From NCBI GenBank assembly GCA_002788775.1, contig PFRX01000013.1:5790-69789 (forward strand): a DNA stretch of 64,000 bases. Reading direction: 5' to 3'. The position numbers and the translations under genes were made by a program. Under the pieces are notes generated by a model. The model worked only from the letters and a program-made list of their open reading frames with translations, had not been told where the DNA came from and ran no database searches. The DNA comes from Candidatus Peregrinibacteria bacterium CG_4_9_14_0_2_um_filter_53_11 (GTDB lineage Bacteria > Patescibacteriota > Gracilibacteria > UBA1369 > UM-FILTER-53-11). Below, piece by piece: positions 60,037 through 64,000 of the stretch (its first letter is position 1; every line of letters begins with the position of its first letter).

Positions 60037-60138
60037 CGAGTTGATTTTACAGGGAAAATGCGATTACGCAAGCATCGAACGGTTCTTTGCTCGCACCGTC
60101 TCTTGAACCCTCTTTGGAACCCCTAGCCCGTCCTCCTA

Positions 60139-61392
60139 ATGGCTTTCTTCTCAGAATTTTTCTTCTCAACACTCATCGGTAAGCCGGTCTATACCTTCGA
60201 TGAAAAGCTCTATGGCCGCTTCCGTGACTTTGTTGTGCGGCGCCACGACAGTCATTATATCGTTACAAAGGTTCGACTCCGGACTAATAAGGGCGAGCGT
60301 ATTCTCATCCCGTGGAAGCACGTCCACTCACTGGACTCCGACCCGGTATCTGTCAAACTCAAGAAAAATGCCGACGAGATTATATCGCTCGACTATGACG
60401 AGACCGAGCTCCGTCTTAAGCGAGATTTTCTTGATCAGCAGATTGTCGATACTCACGATCACCGAGTGGTGCGCGTCAACGATATAAAAATAATCGCCCT
60501 CAAAGGTGACCTTTTTGTTGTCGCTGCGGATACGGGAATACGCGGCCTTTTGAGGCGCATTGGCTTTGAGACCATCGCTCTGGGCTTCCTGGCGCTCTTT
60601 AACAAGTCGCTCCCTAACACTCTTATTCCCAGTAAGTTCATCGACCCACTCCCCGCTCGTCTGCGTCACCATATCGCACTGAACGTCGCCCAGGACGAAC
60701 TCAAGCGCATGCACCCTGCCGACCTGGCCGACATTGTAACCGATCTCGACCAGTTTGAGCGTCTGAGTATGCTCAAGACTCTGCCGGTAGAGACCGTGGC
60801 CAACACCATTGCCGAGCTTGAGCCGGAGGTCCGAAAAGAGCTGGTTAAGACATTGAAAGATGAGACTCTTTCTAAAGTGCTCGAGCGTCTCTCCCCCGAC
60901 TCGGCTACCGATATCGTCTCCGAACTCCCCCGTCGACGTATGCGCCGCGTCTTGAGTGCGATGAAAGTTGGTGATGCAAACGAGATTCAGGAGCTGCTGA
61001 AGTTTAAGGAAGATACGGCGGGTAGTCTGATGAACACCGAGTATGTCGCCTTCCCGGATGACATAACCGCCGCCGCCGCTCTCGAGGAGCTTCGTACCAA
61101 GGCCGATCAGGCCGAGCAGATATTCTATCTCTACCTCGTCGACTCAAAGAACGTCATTAGTGGAGTGATCTCCCTAAAAGACCTTATCTTTGTGGCCCCA
61201 CAGACCATGCTCTCCTCAATCGTCCGTCGTCCCCCAATCGTGGTGGATCTGGAAGAAGATATCGACGAGGTGGTTGAGAAGTTCGCGAAGTACAACCTGA
61301 TCGCCATCCCCGTGGTTGATGCGCACAACACCCTTCTTGGGGTTATCACCGTCGACGACGTCCTGCCTCTCCTTCAAGAGCAGGCCGAGTAG
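60139..61392 (+). CDS. MgtE cytosolic-domain protein (PRC barrels + MgtE_N + CBS pair), no TM domain
   Basis: LDQQIVD...VVRVND, HPADLAD, TAGSLMNTE, GVITVDD; ends right after the CBS pair. Confidence 0.88.
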   Translation: MAFFSEFFFSTLIGKPVYTFDEKLYGRFRDFVVRRHDSHYIVTKVRLRTNKGERILIPWKHVHSLDSDPVSVKLKKNADEIISLDYDETELRLKRDFLDQQIVDTHDHRVVRVNDIKIIALKGDLFVVAADTGIRGLLRRIGFETIALGFLALFNKSLPNTLIPSKFIDPLPARLRHHIALNVAQDELKRMHPADLADIVTDLDQFERLSMLKTLPVETVANTIAELEPEVRKELVKTLKDETLSKVLERLSPDSATDIVSELPRRRMRRVLSAMKVGDANEIQELLKFKEDTAGSLMNTEYVAFPDDITAAAALEELRTKADQAEQIFYLYLVDSKNVISGVISLKDLIFVAPQTMLSSIVRRPPIVVDLEEDIDEVVEKFAKYNLIAIPVVDAHNTLLGVITVDDVLPLLQEQAE

Positions 61393-61433
61393 TCAGCCCC
61401 CCGTTATTGTTTATCTCTGGCCCATAGTCTCGC

Positions 61434-62696
61434 ATGATCGCCTACCTTAAAAAACGCTCTCGCTCCCTCTTTCTTCTCTTCGCCTTGATCGGCCCTGGTA
61501 TTATCGCGGCGGCTGTGGGAAATGACGCCGGAGGTATCACAACCTACTCTGTTGCCGGTGCTCACTTTGGTTACAGCATGCTCTGGGTGATGATCCCCAT
61601 CACTTTCTTGTTGGTAACCATTCAGGAGATGTGCAGCCGTATGGGTGTGGTTACCAAGAAGGGTCTGGCGGATCTGATCCGTGAGTCGTACGGCGCGCGT
61701 GTTACCTTTTACATGCTCATCAGTTTGGTGATTGCGAATATCGCGACGATCATGTCGGAGTTTGCAGGTGTGGCGAGCTCGATGGAGATATTCGGAATTC
61801 CTCGCTACGTCTCCGTGCCCGTCGGCGGAGTTATCGTCTGGTTTGTGATAACGCGCTGGAACTACCGCTCGGCAGAAAAAGTTTTCTTGCTCGGTGCGCT
61901 CCTCTACCTGGCCTATATTGTCTCAGGCTTTCTCGCACGGCCCGACTGGTCGGCAGTTGCCGTTAGTCTGGTGAATCCCGCTATCGAGTGGACTCACACC
62001 TATGTGCTTACGCTTGTTGGTATCATCGGTACCACCATAACGCCCTGGATGCAGTTTTATCTGCAGGCCTCGGTCGTGGAAAAAGGCCTGAACATAGAGG
62101 ATTATAAGTATACAAAACTGGATGTCGGGATTGGCGCAGTTGTGGCGAGTATCGTCGCCTTCTTCATTATGGTCGCCGCCGCCGCGACGCTCTTTCCCGC
62201 CGGAATTCAGATCGAGACGGCGACGGATGCCGCCCTCGCTTTGGGGCCTTTGGCGGGTAACTCCGCCGAGATGCTCTTCGCCCTGGGGCTCTTGAACGCC
62301 TCGCTTCTCGGTGCGATGATCGTGCCCCTGGCCACCTCTTACTACATCTGTGAAGGGCTTGGCTTTGAGGCAGGTGTGGACAAGTACTTTAAAGAGGCGC
62401 CCTGGTTTTACGGCATCTTTACAATCCTCCTCATTCTCGGGGCTATTCCCGCACTCTTCCCCAAAACTCCATTGATCGACATTATGATTGTCGCACAAGT
62501 TATTAATGGAGTTTTGCTCGCTCCGGTCCTTATCTTTATTGTCCTCCTCATCAATAAAAAATGGCTTATGGGGGAGCACACAAATAAGCGTGGTTATAAC
62601 ATAATCGTCTGGATAACTGTTATCCTGCTGATCCTTCTAAGCACCTTCCTCATCGCGACAACTCTAGTTCCCTCGCTGAGCGAAAAGATTTTCTAG
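61434..62696 (+). CDS. NRAMP-related divalent metal (probably Mg2+) transporter
   Basis: GPG....GNDAGG, QEM..RMG, GTTITPW motifs; about 11 TM segments. Confidence 0.9.
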   Translation: MIAYLKKRSRSLFLLFALIGPGIIAAAVGNDAGGITTYSVAGAHFGYSMLWVMIPITFLLVTIQEMCSRMGVVTKKGLADLIRESYGARVTFYMLISLVIANIATIMSEFAGVASSMEIFGIPRYVSVPVGGVIVWFVITRWNYRSAEKVFLLGALLYLAYIVSGFLARPDWSAVAVSLVNPAIEWTHTYVLTLVGIIGTTITPWMQFYLQASVVEKGLNIEDYKYTKLDVGIGAVVASIVAFFIMVAAAATLFPAGIQIETATDAALALGPLAGNSAEMLFALGLLNASLLGAMIVPLATSYYICEGLGFEAGVDKYFKEAPWFYGIFTILLILGAIPALFPKTPLIDIMIVAQVINGVLLAPVLIFIVLLINKKWLMGEHTNKRGYNIIVWITVILLILLSTFLIATTLVPSLSEKIF

Positions 62697-63599
62697 CTTG
62701 TCGATCTCAAAGCTCTCCATGGGCTTTCCCAGGCCGGTTGAGACGCGTGCGATAACATCGGGGTCCCGGTAGTGCATTGTGGCCTCAACGATGGCTTTGG
62801 CACGCTTTTCAGGATCGGAGGATTTGAAAATTCCCGAGCCTACAAAGACTCCCTCCGAGCCAAGTTGCATCATCAGAGCCGCATCTGCAGGAGTTGCAAT
62901 ACCGCCCGCTGCAAAATTTACGACGGGGAGTTTGCCCATGCGGGCAACCTCTTCAACGAGCTTCAAGCTGACGCGCATCTCCTTCGCCGCCTTTTCCAGA
63001 GCCTTCTTGCCGGCACCTTTGAGTGCCTCGATCTCACGAGTAATCTGTCGCATGTGGCGGACGGCCTCAACCACATTTCCGGTTCCGGCCTCGCCTTTTG
63101 TGCGAATCATCGCGGCCCCCTCCTGAATACGGCGGAGCGCCTCACCCAGGTTGCGAGCTCCACAGACAAAGGGCATTTTGAAGGCGAGCTTATCAACATG
63201 CAGCTCCTCATCAGCGGGCGTGAGGACCTCAGACTCGTCGATATAGTCAATGCCCAGCGACTCAAGAATCTGCGCTTCGACAAAGTGTCCTATGCGCACT
63301 TTTGCCATGACGGGAATAGAGACTGCTTTCATAATGCCGATAATCATCTTGGGGTCGGACATACGTGCAACTCCTCCCTGCTTGCGAATATCGGAGGGGA
63401 CTCTTTCGAGGGCCATTACGGCAACCGCGCCCGCCGCTTCGGCGATCTTGGCCTGCTCGGGAGTAACAACATCCATGATGACTCCGCCCTTGAGCATCTG
63501 AGCCAGCCCGCGTTTGAGAGCGAGAGTATTCTTCTGCGTTGGAGCTTTAGGCATAGAGTTTTTGGGGGACTGAGTGGCGGTTTTTTTCTTCGTTGGCAT
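62664..63599 (-). CDS. pdxS: PLP synthase lyase subunit
   Basis: [43 protein letters not shown]; start at ATG 63599. Confidence 0.97.
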   Translation of the reverse strand: MPTKKKTATQSPKNSMPKAPTQKNTLALKRGLAQMLKGGVIMDVVTPEQAKIAEAAGAVAVMALERVPSDIRKQGGVARMSDPKMIIGIMKAVSIPVMAKVRIGHFVEAQILESLGIDYIDESEVLTPADEELHVDKLAFKMPFVCGARNLGEALRRIQEGAAMIRTKGEAGTGNVVEAVRHMRQITREIEALKGAGKKALEKAAKEMRVSLKLVEEVARMGKLPVVNFAAGGIATPADAALMMQLGSEGVFVGSGIFKSSDPEKRAKAIVEATMHYRDPDVIARVSTGLGKPMESFEIDKLENLFAQRGN

Positions 63600-63642
63600 G
63601 GGGAGGAAGTTAGGAAGCGAGCTGCTGTAGTGAGTGGGGCGG

Positions 63643-64000
63643 TTAGTCTTGATAGGCACTCCACGGTTTGATTTTGAGATCGTCCACCGAGTAGCGGGAG
63701 AAGGTCTCAACAAGTGCCCGCGCAATCTGTAAGTTCGTCACAAGGGGGATATTGGAGTCGACGGCACGCCGGCGAACCAGGTAGCCGTCGGTGATCTCGT
63801 CGGTGCTGTATGATTTGGGAATGTCGATGACAAGATCGACTTTTTTCTGAGCTATATAATCCAGGATGTTGGGGTGCTTATTGGAGCGCGCCTTGTACAA
63901 GACGGTCGAGCGAATCTTATTCTCCTTAAGAAACTGTGCAGTCCCCTCGGTCGCGAAGAGTTTGAAGCCGAGCTTTACGAGCTTCTTTGTCGAAGAGAGG
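63643..64000 (-). CDS. carB: Carbamoyl-phosphate synthase large subunit, C-terminal MGS domain (partial)
   Basis: [40 protein letters not shown]; runs off the window edge. Confidence 0.85.
   Translation of the reverse strand, partial: LSSTKKLVKLGFKLFATEGTAQFLKENKIRSTVLYKARSNKHPNILDYIAQKKVDLVIDIPKSYSTDEITDGYLVRRRAVDSNIPLVTNLQIARALVETFSRYSVDDLKIKPWSAYQD

Noticed and set aside
1-64000. Alternative genetic code 25 (UGA=Gly)
   Set aside because: RF2 is present, conserved genes are uninterrupted under code 11, and several end properly in TGA.
1-64000. CRISPR array, integrase, transposase or prophage
   Set aside because: No regularly spaced repeats or corresponding protein motifs were seen by eye.

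Overview
Chromosomal, mostly housekeeping 64-kb window from a bacterium that looks like a member of the Patescibacteria/CPR (Peregrinibacteria-like). This assignment is an inference from the CPR-type pilin, FemX, the long MacA-like adaptor, the scattered dcw genes and the near absence of Shine-Dalgarno sites. RF2 and true TGA stops indicate genetic code 11. It encodes replication and repair genes (mfd, dnaN, holB, recR, dciA, a stand-alone 5'-3' nuclease), RNA decay genes (rnj, rny, khpA), translation genes (prfB, def, rpsP, infC-rpmI-rplT, tRNA-Asp) and envelope/division genes (murD, murF, ftsAZ, femX, flippases, glycosyltransferases, VanW). It also has a MacAB-like exporter, Mg transporters and a richer metabolism than usual for CPR (PDH E1/E2 plus LipA, MEP genes ispG-dxr-ispDF-ispE, pdxST, folE, carB). 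No integrase, transposase, prophage or CRISPR array was seen. The most notable signals are: (1) a window-wide leaderless architecture, with TAnnnT 6-10 nt before the start codon; (2) a stand-alone 5' nuclease ending in a beta-clamp-type motif, QESLF; (3) six dispersed orphan genes sharing N-terminal and helical motifs, one flanked by a perfect 14-bp inverted repeat and one built of three internal repeats; (4) an MgtE-sensor-only protein paired with an NRAMP-related Mg transporter; (5) a candidate oriC uncoupled from dnaA. All functional calls come from motif recognition by eye, with no database searches.
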